Assembly (NCBI RefSeq): GCF_009914755.1
Contig: NC_060937.1
Direction: 5' to 3' (one strand)
Source: the human T2T-CHM13v2.0 reference genome, Homo sapiens
DNA length: 64,000 bases
Of this stretch, positions 1-17,791 are shown piece by piece; position 1 is the stretch's first letter, and every line of letters begins with the position of its first letter. The translations under genes and the position numbers were made by a program. Below the pieces are notes generated by a model. It was given only the letters and a program-made list of their open reading frames with translations, was not told the origin of the DNA and did not search any database.

Positions 1-1346
1 AGATATTTCTTTTGGTATTGCCTTTTAATTTCAAAATGATGCTTTTTTTAGAAATATGTTTCTGGTTGTTGTACTTTAGACATATATGTTACAGTTTTAT
101 AAGTACCTACCTGTTTTTGTTTTTTCCTTCTATGTTTTCATTACAAATTTATTATGAGAATGATGTTTATATAGATCTATCACCTTTTGTCATAATAATC
201 ATTTTAGCTCAATGCCAGTAAAAGTTGTCATTCTTAACAGTTTTGCATTTCTCTGTACTATTACTTCTTACAGAGCTAAGTAAGCCTGCTACATAAATGC
301 TGTTATCAAAATGAGTAGTTCTCATACATCTTAAGAATTATATTTATTTTTTGCCACTATTGAACCAAAGGCCATTTATTTACTGTCATTGAAGCATAAT
401 TGGGGAAACTTGTGCTTAGAAAGTTGCCTACCCTGACATTTCTTGGGTCTCATTTCAGTTTATACTGTTTATACATACGTACTTTAGTATAATTTGAAGT
501 AAATCAATAGTTAATGGTTTGTAATTAATACATGCACTGATTTAAGAAACCCTGGTAGTTTTTTTTGTAGATTTCATTTCACAGGAAGCATAGCTGCTTC
601 AGCTATTGGGCGTCAGCTGTGAATTTTCGTTCAGATGACAGATGACACTTTGAAGAGTCTGCTTACTTGTGAAGAGTATAACAGAAAAGCATTATTAGTA
701 AAAGTGGGCTTTTAGCAATTCAGAAATAGTTACTACTTCCCAGTTACATTGTTTTAGGAGACAATTGTGAAATTAAATTATAAATATGTGGTGTTAACTA
801 TGGTAGCTATTTATCAAGGGAGACCTTCCTGGGAGAAAGCAGTAACTTAAAGCTGTTGAGTTCATTATAACTTCCATCACATTGTTTATGTAATCTTTTC
901 TCAGTGGTTTAGCGTTTTCTTGTTTTTTGGTAGTTGGGAAGGTAACTTTCACTTCACTTTGACTTTCACAGTAACTTTGTTGCTTTTTATAAGAATGTAT
1001 AGGCAATGGGGTTGTTGTGGTACCCTTTAATCAGACTAGACCATCAACTAAATTTACTATTTTAAGAAATGCTTTTATAAGTAATAGATTTTGATCTACT
1101 AAATTTTTCAATAAGAAGTTGACATGTACTCTTAGTAATAACATATTTGAGTACTTTTTCTTATGTAAGGAATGAAAGTGGCAATGTTGCTTTCTTTAAA
1201 AGCATGCCATCTTAATCACAGACCTGAGCCTTCTAAGTGGTGTAACACAGGTGGAACATAAACTGAAAGACAATTAGACAGAGGTTCTGTCTCCATCCTG
1301 TGTAGATTATGCATGTTTTCTTACAGAATGTCGTTCTAACTCCCAG

Positions 1347-1385
1347 GGGCAGTCTGCAGCAAAACGACAAGGAAAATTTAAAAAG
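1347..1385 (+). CDS. TPP2: TPP2 alternatively spliced 39-nt cassette exon (GQSAAKRQGKFKK, 13 aa)
   Basis: tcccag|GGGCAG...AAAAAG|gtact; phase 0/0; translation matches the known 13-aa TPP2 splice-variant insert preceding DVIPVHYY. Confidence 0.93.
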
Positions 1386-2048
1386 GTACTGATTGTCAGT
1401 TCTTAAAAAAGATGTCTTAAAGCCTTATTTGCATATTAAACTTTTTTCTGTCACTATTATAAACCTTTTTTTTAATAAGTCTCCCTTAGTTTCCTTTCTT
1501 TGCATTCTAAAGTATAGTGCTCTTAGCTGTACTTAGAAGCATTGTTGACATACTGCTTTTCTAAAGGTTTTTTTTTTTTCCCCACCATAAATTCCTGGAT
1601 GACTCATTTTCTCTGTGTATACAAAAATTTTAATGCTATTCATTTCTTGCTACAGATATGATAACAAGTAGCAATATTTGAAATTTTTCATATTTACAAT
1701 TTTATAGAGAGATGGATGTGATAATTTTTTTTTTTTTAGCCATATAAGCTAAAGCACTTATTTTTAAAGTCTAAAAGCACTTTTAAATTGGGTGATTTGA
1801 TTAATAAAATGTTGCAGCTTTTTAAAGCGAACTTTATTCCCTGCTCTTGTATCCATTCTGGTTCTGAAAGAAGAGAAACAATAAAGATCAATGGATGTAG
1901 CAGGAACAGAAATAAGGACTGTTCACTGACAATTAAAGCTTATGCTAAGAACACAGATTTTAAGCCCATCGCTACTAAGTGGTCTGATCAGCCTCTCTGC
2001 AGCATATTAAGCAATCTTTGATTTACTGCTGGGGCCAGATTTAACTCA

Positions 2049-2450
<402 letters not shown>

Positions 2451-3336
2451 TCATTCAACATTTTCATGATTTCTTTTTAAACAGAAAGAATTACAGTGGG
2501 AAAATCAGTAATGTCCTAATGTATACTTGTTAATTAGTAGTGATATGGAACTGGGGAATCACCATTCTATAACAGCTTAAATTCCTTTATTAAAATGTCT
2601 TCTGAAATGTCCATATTATTACATAATAGTAAATAATTTGTCCAAACAAAATACAGATACTAGGAATCATCTTTCTGGAGAAAGATCTAAAGATCAGTAT
2701 TTCTCAACTGGGTGTCTTGACCGTTTGGGGGCCACGTAATGGGATAAAAACAGCATTTTTTAAAAATAGGAAATGTCAGTTCATCAGACTCATAAAATTG
2801 TAATTTCATTTTATGTATTAATGTGTATATCTTTGGGACATTGTAAAAATAGTTTGCAAGTTACTGCTTTAGAGAACAAGGAATAGGTATTCTAGGAATC
2901 TATTAAAAATAGAAGGCACTTATCACGAAGGCCATAGCCAATTATTTTTCTTCTTATTTTTGTTGACCTTTTGCAAGTTTGGGTAGATTTTGTTTGAATT
3001 AGGTTGTATAGTTAGGAAAACACTGAATGAATAGGAAGGCATTTACTTGGTGATTAGTAAAGCTTCATTTGAAGAACTTGGCAGCTAGAGTTATCTCTGC
3101 TCGTTCCTTTCTGTCTTCAATGCAAGTACACAATAAAGCTCTTATTTTAGAAATAATTAGTATTACAGTTTTATAGTCACATTACAAAGAAAAAAATACA
3201 TGTATAATTTCCGGTTGTTTAAGATAAATAGCATTTTGTATATAATTCTTAATAGATTTTTTCCTCTGGGTTTCAGTGACTTGATTTGAAAAGGTATGTC
3301 ACCCTTTTTAAAATTCCTTGTAAAATGCAATAATAT

Positions 3337-3648
3337 ATTTTTTGTTTGTTTGTATGTTTTTTTAAGAGACAGTCTCACTCAACACTCCAGGCTAGAGTAC
3401 AGTGGCATGATCGTAGCTCACTGTTGCCTCCAGCTCCTGGGCTCAAGTGATCCTCCCACCTCAGCCTCCCTAGAGTGGCTGGGACTACAGGCGTGTGCCA
3501 CTATGCCTGGCTAATTTTTACTTTTTATAGAGAGAGGTCTTACTACGTATGTTGCCCAAGGTGGTCTAAAACTCCCGGCCTCGGACGATCCTCCTGGCTC
3601 AGCCTCCCAAAATGCTGAAATTACAGACATGAGCCACTGCACCCAGCC
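3337..3648 (-). mobile_element. Alu (AluJ-like)
   Basis: T-rich tail, then gagacagtctc...gagccactgcacccagcc. Confidence 0.9.
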
Positions 3649-5559
3649 TGAATATTGTCACTTTTAACAGATCATAAATAGCATTCAAATATGATATAAA
3701 TTTTAAAAATAGTTTATGTGAAGCTTTTAAATTTTTGAGTATTCAGTTACTAACAATTTTAAGAACTAAAGAAATTGCCATTTTGAACCACAATTTAACT
3801 TATAGTGCGTTGTGTTGCCCAAAGAGTAGTTATTGGTTTGGCAGGTGAGTTTGACTTTCTGAATAACACTGTTCAGTTTGAACACTGTTGAAATACTTCA
3901 TGAATAGCTGGAATGCCTTTTTTCTAAACTTAACATTAAATATATACTGTAGAGAAATCTTCATAGCATTTCTGCTCTGAAGATTCTTCTTGACTGTCTT
4001 TTTAAACCATAATCAAGATTTCTCAAGAATAAAGGTACAAAATTATTTCTATTAAATTGGTACTATGTTAACCCCTTGAGAATTGTCATAAAAATATTAA
4101 TATTTATTGGCACAAAGAAGAAATTATTGTGATACAGCAAGTGAAAATAGCGCCATTTTTCTTTTGATTAGAAATTAAAACTACCAGGTTTATAATTTTT
4201 ACTAATAAAAAATTCCCTGTCCTGAAACATCTTGTAGGATTACACTAACATTTATAATTGTTAATTTGATATATTTAATATGTAAAATGCTGATTACAAA
4301 ACCTTGATTTTTGTTTCACTAAGATAATTCATCATAAACTTTCTTTGTCTCTTTTTTTGCTTTTAATGATAGTCTAAGGTTACTAGGATATCTTTTTTCC
4401 CACTTTTGATAGGTCTTTGTTAGAATTAATTGTAAATCCTAAATTAATTTTAATAGATTGTTCATTTTAAATTCAATTCTCTTTTCTCTTCTGTACTAAA
4501 ACAATAGCAAATACCTCTGAGTCTGAGGAGGAAGTGCCTCACAACACATAGGCTGCCTGCCTAAGAGCAGCATACCTCTCTCCCTGATATGGTGAGGAGG
4601 TGTGGGAAGCTCAGGGAGAAAGACTGGAGACCACTCTTCTAGCACACTGGGTGGCAGAGAAGCTCAATTCCATGGAGAATGGAGCTATATTAACAGAAAG
4701 TAAATATTGGAGGCCACTTAGCCCCTTTAATTCCTAGATGTGTTGTCTTTGCTGTACAGATGACACTGATGCAGTCTGTTTCCATAAGAACTTGGTGGTA
4801 GAAGATCAGCTCAGATTTTGTGCTTACCTTGGCTTTGCTCAGGGCAGTGCCTACCCAGAGAGTGAACCTCAAGAAGGAGAGGAGCAGGACAGGCAGCTGG
4901 GTCCTGAAAGAGCTAGCCCAAGCAGTAGACCTGTTTCCTTTTCCCAGTCTCATGTTTCACGTAAGGCCTTTGTTTACAGGTTCTGGCCCCCTGACCTCAG
5001 AGGGAGAATGACAGCCAGTGGCTACAAATGGATTTATATGGTTATCTGACATCAAAGTGGTTTTCTGTGCTTTAAATGAGTCAGTATGGAGATAGGATTA
5101 TTATTTTGTGTTGGAATACTATTAGAACTACAACCATAGTTCCTGTTGTTTACTGTTACATCATTTTATACCCCGAAATTGTGTTGGTGAAAATATTTAA
5201 AATGGGAATATTTGTGTCGTATATGCTCCTAAAAATCCTATTTGCGGGAGGTGAGGACTTGCAGTATTATTTTTTTACTCAACCAGAGTAAAGCTTTTTC
5301 AGTGAATGTCTTTTTGGGAACATTTGTTTCAGTTTTACAAACTTTGTTAATTAAAATGAATATAGTATTTTAATTTAGCACCATTTTAAATGCAAACCTG
5401 AAGATAGAATTTGAGGAACTGACTTAATAAATAACGACTTAATTAAGGACACCCAGTTACTGTGCCAAAAACAAATCTAGCAGGTATAGCATGTGATTTC
5501 ATTTCCCAAATAATGCTTTACCTTTCACAAGTCAAGACTTATCTGTGAATAAAATAAAT

Positions 5560-6610
5560 ACAGTTACTCTCCATTTCTCTGCTGCTGTCTTCAAAGCAAA
5601 ACTTCTCAAAAGAATCACAGACATGTTGACTTCCATTCTCTTTTCATCTCTGTCTCCTCCAGCCTGGACTGCTCCACTGTCCCCTGACACTGTTCTTGTC
5701 CGGGGGGGTCAGTAGGCTCTGTGCTGCCAGGTTTTCAGTTCCTTCCTTCTTCGTCGTACACTGCCTCTCAGCTAAATGGGCAGTTGATCATTTTCTCTTT
5801 CTTCTTGGTGGTTTTTCCTCAAGGCTTCCGTGATCCCAGGTGCTTTTTGCTTTCCTTTTCTCACTCACAGAGCTGCTTTTTCCATTCACCATCCCTAACT
5901 GACCTTATTCATCCACATATTTTTCAACATTGTCAGCAACACATTGGTTCTACCTTTAAAGAAGATCTCAAATCTATTCATTTTCTCCCATTTCTGCGAC
6001 CCATTTTTAGTCTAAGGCAGTGTAGGGTTTCCTAGGTTTGTTTCCTAACTTGTTGTCTTCTTGCCTCCACCTTTACCCTCTATAATCTATTTTCCAAATA
6101 GAATACAAACCAAAATTTTAATCCATACAGGAACCAGAGTCATTAAACAAAAAGCAGAAATCTTTAATCATGTCACTGTCTTTTGTAAAACTCTTCTGGT
6201 ATGCTTCTTAGTGCACTTGGAATACAATATATAGTATTTTTTCTTTTCTTTTTTAAACCATATTCTGTCAAGCCCTACTTAAGTTGGCTGCTGCCTGCTT
6301 TCTCAGAAGATACAGCTGTGCTTGCTTTATACCCAGCTCAGGTCTTTACACTTGCTCATCTGCTCCTTGTTCATTGAGGGTCGTTTGCGTAAGATATTAC
6401 CTCTTCAGAGTGGCTTTCTATAACCACTTTGTGTCCATCGGCTCCCCCTCGTTACCTGACAGTCATTCTATCCTTTTCTGTTTTGTTTTCTTCCTATCAG
6501 ATGTCAGCATCTGGTCTGTTCTTTACCTATTCTAGCATTACCTGGCACATCGCGGGGACTCAGTAAGTCCTGTTGGTTGGACTCAGTAAGTCCTGTTGGT
6601 TGAATGAAGG
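5560..6610 (+). mobile_element. L2 LINE 3' fragment(s)
   Basis: Pyrimidine-rich L2-like body ending cctggcacat...tgaatgaa (L2 3' terminus). Confidence 0.65.
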
Positions 6611-7008
6611 CATAAGCGTCCCCTTAAATTTACTTAGAGAATCTTTTCTTAGTTTGAACTTATTTCATCCCCTTCTCAGATTTAAAATGTGAAAGGTCAG
6701 TGTACTTTTGTCATCTGTCTGCCAAGTAAAGCCAAGAATACCAAATATACTCAAATGGAGAAAAGTATGTTCTTATCTCTTTTATTTTAAAGGAGATATT
6801 TGAAGTATCAGTACTCAGCATCAGTTTGTGAGAAAATTGCTGTGACCAGAGATTGGAATTTTTGGTGTATTGTGACCCTTAGAATCTAGAATACAGTGTA
6901 GTACAACTTAGGTGCAGCCCATGTTACATGACATGTAGCTGTTGAAGATGATTTTGATGTATGTAAAATTAAGCATATTAATCTAAGAATCTCTCTCCAC
7001 ATTCGTAG

Positions 7009-7160
7009 GATGTAATCCCTGTTCATTACTACTTAATACCTCCACCAACAAAGACTAAGAATGGCAGCAAAGATAAGGAAAAAGATTCAGAAAAAGAGAA
7101 AGATTTAAAAGAAGAGTTTACTGAAGCATTACGAGATCTTAAAATTCAGTGGATGACAAA
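7009..7160 (+). CDS. TPP2: TPP2 coding exon ([25 protein letters not shown]...LKIQWMTK)
   Basis: cgtag|GATGTA...ACAAA|gtagg; 152 nt, phase 0/2; recognisable TPP2 sequence. Confidence 0.97.
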
Positions 7161-8424
7161 GTAGGTTTTTAAATGTATTTTAATTCTTTAAATGTTTAGT
7201 TCTATTTTCCCAACTATAACAATATTGTGTATATATACATAGACCGTATTTAAAATTATTAACAGCAGTTGGTAGGATTATAGGTGCTTTTAAATTTTCC
7301 TCTTTTTATATAAATGTGTAATTTATTTAAATTATAAATATATAATTTTGTGATTAAATGTTTTAATTTTTATTTTAATCACTCTAATTTGTTCTTGGAA
7401 GATAATTTTATTGGAAAGTATAAAAAAGAAAAATCACTTTTGCCCACAATTCATAAATAGTCATTGTCCTCTTATTATTATTTTTTTCCTCTGTGTTTGT
7501 ACATGTAGCAGTGTGAATAAAATTAGTTTCCATTTTTCAGTTACTTTTTTATTATGATTTAACAGCCGTATAAAATACTATTTTTAATGTCTGTGTTGTA
7601 TATGGTTCTATGGATGCAACATAATCTATTTAAACGTTTTATTTTGCATATATATGTTTATAGCTTTTCTTCATGATGCTGCGATAAACATTTTTATACA
7701 TAAAGGTGATTTTTTAAAATTTCCATCATATTGCATCTTAAAAGTAAAAATCGTCTTGCTATGTTTTGCCAAATTGCTTTCTGAGATGAGTATAATAATT
7801 TACACTCCATCTAGCTGTGTATGTGTGCTACTACACAATGCAAAAACCAGCCATTACTGCTGTCTTAAATTACGTCTCTAGTTATTATTAAAGGAGAGCT
7901 TTTTAGATGTTATCATTCGTTATTAGTATAGCTTCTGACAGTTGAGCATATTCTTCACCTTTTTTTCTATTCAGACATTAGGTGTTTCTGGTCGATTAAA
8001 ACTTTTTACATAAAAGATATTAATGCTTTTCTGTACTTGCCACAGATTTTACTCTAGTGTACTCTTTGACTTTGGGCTTGCTTTTTACTTGAAATTTATT
8101 TTATGTAGTCAAGTCAGTTGCTTTTTCCATCTGTTATGCAATATTTCTTTTACTGCTGATATTCTATGGGAATCCTCTTCAGCTGATTATGTATGCATCC
8201 TTGCAGTTATATGGTTTTAGAGGGAATAGAAGTCATCATGATGTGAAAATATTTCCCAGAGATTGAACCATTGTAATGTCAGTTCACTTGCAAATATACC
8301 TTTCCCACTTAAAACTAAATTGTATCTCCACTGGAAGTCAAAGTCTTCAGGTCTGTCTCTGCCTGATTTTAGGATGTCATAAACAGTTGACAATATAATA
8401 TAAATTCTTCAAAAGTAAAATTGC

Positions 8425-12360
<3,936 letters not shown>

Positions 12361-13067
12361 AAAAAATTGAAAAGGTTGTTTACCTAATAGGTGTTTTAGA
12401 AGAAAACAGCAAAAAATTATTAGCATTCCCTAGCAAAACTTTAAAAACCTTAGAACATTTTTTGGAAAAAAAAATTTATAATTAAGGTTCAGTAGTTTTA
12501 AAATGTAAAACGAAAGTGTTGATTTTGCCCTTGGATAATTGTTAGCGAAAAGAGAAAAACAGGACTTAATTTTTTTTGTACTAAGAATTAGTGTAAATTT
12601 TGTTGTCTACAAGTTAAATTTATTTTCATAGAAAGTTAGTTATAGTATCAAAATCCCGGTCAACCTTATTTTTATACTACTGTGCAGTTTTGTTAATATA
12701 TTAAGTGACTTTAATGTAAGTTACCCACTTCTGGTGCTAGTTTGTATGTTAATTTGTTTTTATCCTGATACATATAATCAGGTAGAATTGGGAATTTTAT
12801 TCAGCCTCCGCATCGGGGAACATAGAATAACTCTTTATTGACTCAAGACTGGAATTTTCAGAAAAGTTTAAATTTTTATTTTTTCTAGAATTTTCAGAAA
12901 AGTTTAATAGATCTGAGACATTTTTAAATCTTTTAATCTTTCTAGCTATTTGTGAATATGCTTTTCTTCCTTTTAAATAAATATAATAGCTGGTATGTAA
13001 GAAAGCTATTGATGCATATTTTTATTTGGATATCTTATTGAACTCTTAATTGGAATAATTTTCAGTT

Positions 13068-13403
<336 letters not shown>

Positions 13404-13605
13404 CAGTTTGATTTATTTTTGTTTTCTAGTTAATCATTTATACTACTTGCCAATAATGATAATCCTTGTCAATGACTATACTTATATTTCAAATTAATGT
13501 CTTATTTTATTGGCTTAAACTTCCAAACAATGTTAAATAATAGAGAAGACAAATACTCTTTTTAAAAGAAAAAAGTAAATATTTCTCTCCTTCTTACATA
13601 CATAG

Positions 13606-13702
13606 GCTGGATTCTAGTGACATTTATAACGAATTGAAAGAAACATATCCTAATTATCTTCCTCTGTACGTTGCACGACTTCATCAATTGGATGCTGAAA
13701 AG
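13606..13702 (+). CDS. TPP2: TPP2 coding exon ([32 protein letters not shown])
   Basis: catag|GCTGGAT...GAAAAG|gttag; 97 nt, phase 2/0, in frame with flanking exons. Confidence 0.97.
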
Positions 13703-14752
13703 GTTAGACATGTTCATTCTAATATATCTTATTTTGTTTGTAATTATATAAGTTTGTGTTTTGAGGAAAAGTGCATTATCTTTCTCTTCTGTTCTTGCTA
13801 ACTAAAACATGTTTTCTCAAATTGAATGTTGTGTTAAGCTGTTTTCATGAAGGTTATTATAAGACCTAGCCACTACTGTGAGTTTAGTTTAGGATTCTTG
13901 CTCATGCTTGGTCAATGAGATTAGTAATAGAGAAGATACCTTAACGATTGTTTTCATGACCTTAACCTAAAGGGCAAGGGGCAGAACGTAGTAATCCTGG
14001 CCAGATGGAAATCTGAACGCCTTCACTGAAAGAATTCCTACTTTGCATTAACTTTGTTAATGATTCTCATTTGTGAGAGTTGGCCATAGTTCTAGTCTGT
14101 CATGACATGGACCAGTTCTCATTATTCATCAAAGCAGTGGGAAAGTGCTGTCCTAATCAGTTGAAAATCATCAAGGGTTTAGAGTGAACCAGAGGGTATT
14201 TAAAGGAGATTTCTTAAAAGACTTTAACAAGAGAGAAGCAAATTGTTGGGAACATCATGGTAATCACAGTTAGACTGTTGATTATAATGTTTACTCTCAT
14301 CTTTGTGTTTTTCATGATGGATCAGAAAGAAATGGTTTCATCAGCTAGGGCTTTCTTTTTTTTTCCTGTGTTCAGGTAGTGTGCAACTAGAGTAATGACA
14401 ATAGCCAATCACATTTCTAGAATCTTAAGAAATACAGAAAAGGAGTTACCTTTGTTAAAAAAAAAACTTTACATTTTTATGAAGTTTATATTTTGCTTAC
14501 TCTCACCATTGTACTCCAGCAGGGAATGTAAATAAGGTATTTTTATTATACATCTGAGCTCAAGTTTTATAGAGATACCAGCAATTAGAAAAATCACAGT
14601 AGGAGATAGCAGAGAGCCCCTGGGCTACAAGTCAATTACATAGTTTACTCACACTGCAGTTGTAGGTCTCATGGTTGAGACAGCAGAAGTGAAATTGCTT
14701 TCGTATACTGATTGATATACCTATTTTTTATTATTTCTTTTTTCCTCTCCAG

Positions 14753-14883
14753 GAACGAATGAAAAGACTTAATGAAATTGTTGATGCGGCAAATGCTGTT
14801 ATTTCTCATATAGATCAAACAGCCCTAGCAGTTTATATTGCAATGAAGACTGATCCCAGGCCTGATGCAGCTACTATAAAAAA
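14753..14883 (+). CDS. TPP2: TPP2 coding exon ([22 protein letters not shown]...PDAATIK)
   Basis: long polypyrimidine tract, ctccag|GAACGA...AAAAA|gtacc; 131 nt, phase 0/2. Confidence 0.97.
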
Positions 14884-16009
14884 GTACCTAACCAGTAAAT
14901 AATCTTTCTTGCATCTCATTTCCTAGTTAACTTGTTTAAAAAGTAGGGACTAATATTATAGAGGATATTGCTTTTCTGATGTTTGTTATATCCTTATAAT
15001 GGGAATTATCACTATTTGGATACTCCCCTCCTTAGAAATTTTAAAATAATTTTGTCCAATCTTTTTAAGAGTAAGCCCAAGAAAAGTAGTTTGCCTTCTC
15101 TACTGTTAAGTGCTGTCAAGGTAGAGGGATTTGAATATCTGTGATCAAGCAGTCCAACCACTTGAGGGTTTATGTGAATTGGACCATATCAGGAAGACAA
15201 AAATTAACAATCTATAAAATAATTTTTAAAATGTTTATTGTCCAGTAACATGAAAAACCTAATATTTGGTTTGTAATAATTACATGACAAACCTAATACG
15301 TGGTTTGTAGTGAAATAAATGATAATAAAATTAGGTTAAAACTATCTGGCAACTTTTATGAAACTGGTTTTATAGTATTAGGGAGAATAAGAGGAGAGAA
15401 TTTATAGTTTTGCCTTTATAAAACCTAATGCTGTGTGTAAATAGAGAAGCTTCCCTGGGTTTATGAGTGGTTGGTATGGTTCCTTCCATGCAAGTGTGAT
15501 TTCCGTATGTTGGTGTAATTAATGGTCCAGTGACTCTGAACCAAGCTGCCATTTGGTCACTTTCACCCTTCCATGAACTCTTAAACCATCACCTCATGGT
15601 AGCTCTCCCAGTGTCAGTTACTTGTTTATCACTTTTGTTTATTTTTGACTTACAGGATCATTAACTAGGTAGAAATATCCTGATTCTTTTGTGGTTATTA
15701 TAACTAATAAACCAAAACTATTCAGGCTGCCTGAAAATACTAAATTTTCCTTAAAAATTTTCTCAGTTTCAGTCAGTATTTTTTTCTACATAAAATACTT
15801 GGATTCCAAACTGCTAGAATTCTTTCCATTATATCATTTATATTGATACTATAGGATCTTATGAATCTTACAAGCAATAATTTTCAAGTGGGATAGAATA
15901 TATTTAAAATTGCTTCTTTGGCCACTATTATTACCTTTTCATATTTTTCAAAAGAATAGTCTCAAAACATTGCCATTTTGTTGTTGTTGTTAATAATAAC
16001 AGAAAATAC

Positions 16010-16250
16010 AGCCACCATTTATTAAGTGCCGATTATGTATAAGGGACTATTGAGGGCATTTTAAATACATTGTTTTATTTAAATTTAGTCTTCCAAACAA
16101 CATGGAAGGCAGGGGCCTTTGTATCCCCCTTTTAAGGAAGAGAAAACTGAAGTTCAGAGAGTTTAGATGACTTGGCCCAGGTGCCACTGCTAGGAAGTTG
16201 GAAAGCACATAGTCAAATCAGGATCTGCCTCCACAGCCAATGCCCTTTCT
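16010..16250 (-). mobile_element. MIR SINE
   Basis: MIR core gaaaactgaagttcagagagtttagatgacttggcccagg. Confidence 0.75.
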
Positions 16251-16725
16251 TTTCTCTGTATATTCTTCTCCCTTCTTGAGAAGGTTAACATAACTCAGTA
16301 TTATCTCACAGAAAAAGGAGCATCGTCTGCCTCCCACCCATCCTCATTGTGTTCCTTTCTGTCTCAGGGTGATCATTGTTAATCTTATTGCAAGAGGAGG
16401 CTGGCCTTGGTCACTTTAAAACTGTCTTCCACAGATCACCAGTGATAACCAGTTGCTAAAAAGAATGGCCCATTTTGAGTCTTCTTTGAGCTCTCTGCAG
16501 CCCCCGACATTAACTATCCCATATACTTTCTAGCTTTTGTTATTTTTTACATTTTGTGAAAATAATATGATTTTCTCAAACTCGGGTGTTACATGAAATA
16601 ACACATATGGTTTTCTCAGTTTTACCATCCACAGAGGAAACTCAATCTCAGCTTACAGTGAGCCATAAACTAATACAATATTAGTTTTGTTTTCTTATTG
16701 GTCTTTTTTTATCACTGTTTTTAAT

Positions 16726-16727
<2 letters not shown>

Positions 16728-16758
<31 letters not shown>
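16728..16758. repeat. Poly-T tract (about 30 nt)
   Basis: Seen directly. Confidence 0.95.
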
Positions 16759-16759
<1 letters not shown>

Positions 16760-17791
16760 TTTCTACTCTTTGGAGATTACTAGACATTGACTATCATGGT
16801 TATTGAAATAAGCTGGGATAAAACTAGAAAAGAAGCCATAAAACTTTGTAAAAACGCTAAGAGTGGAGCTGCTTTAAGTTTTTAGCGACACTGGGTCAAC
16901 TTGTTTATCCTTGTAATTAAAGAATTTCTATTTCTCTCCAGGCCTTTGCTTTGGCCTGACTGAAATAGACTCTGACCAGGTTGTGTTTGGACAGAAGACA
17001 GTATTCAGAGTTGAAATATTATACAAGATGCTATCAGGAAATACTTAGCATTTCTTACAGATGTCATCTATGGGCAAGTAGCAGCCAACTTAAGCATTAA
17101 TTTCTCATTTCCATGCAAAATTGCTTTCTCTTAAATCACTAACATCAAAAATTGTAAAATGCCATTTTCTAATCTTAAAAGTGATATTAACTTTTAGTTA
17201 ATATCATGTTTTAGTTAAATTTAAACTGCACTTATTTAGGCATTAAAATACTGATTCCAATTAAGTTGCTTCCTAAAATGTAGCTATTATCTTGATGGAT
17301 ACCTAACTAGATTTGATTTCAAGGTCCTTATTGAGCAAATACTTCATGTAAGGCATCACTGACAAGGACTTAAAACATGAGCAAGATAGTCTCTACTCTT
17401 AGGAAACTTATCATCTAATATAGAAGATGAAATTGCCAGATAGGAAATTATTAAGAGATAATGAAATACAAGTATTTTTAAATAAATATTTCAAATTGTA
17501 AAAGCCTGTAGAAAGAAAAGCTGACTTTCACCTGAGTGGAAAAAGCCTCATGTACTATAAAGGTATTCAGTCTCAGCCAGTCAGTACAAAACCTAAGGAG
17601 AGGAAAGGAATACTCCAGATATGTAGAATTTAGATTACGTGATAAGAGGATGCTAAAATAGAAAGGGATCTTACAGCTAATTTAACCCAGGTCTGACAAA
17701 TGCAGATTACCTGTGTCACCCCCAGGTTGCCTTCTGATTTCTGCATCATTCCAGCCCTTCTCTGGGCAGCCAGGATCCATCAGGCAGCATT

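Noticed and set aside
4738-5049. 103-aa ORF as a standalone gene
   Set aside because: No recognisable homology or promoter, and it is out of frame with TPP2 at the candidate acceptor
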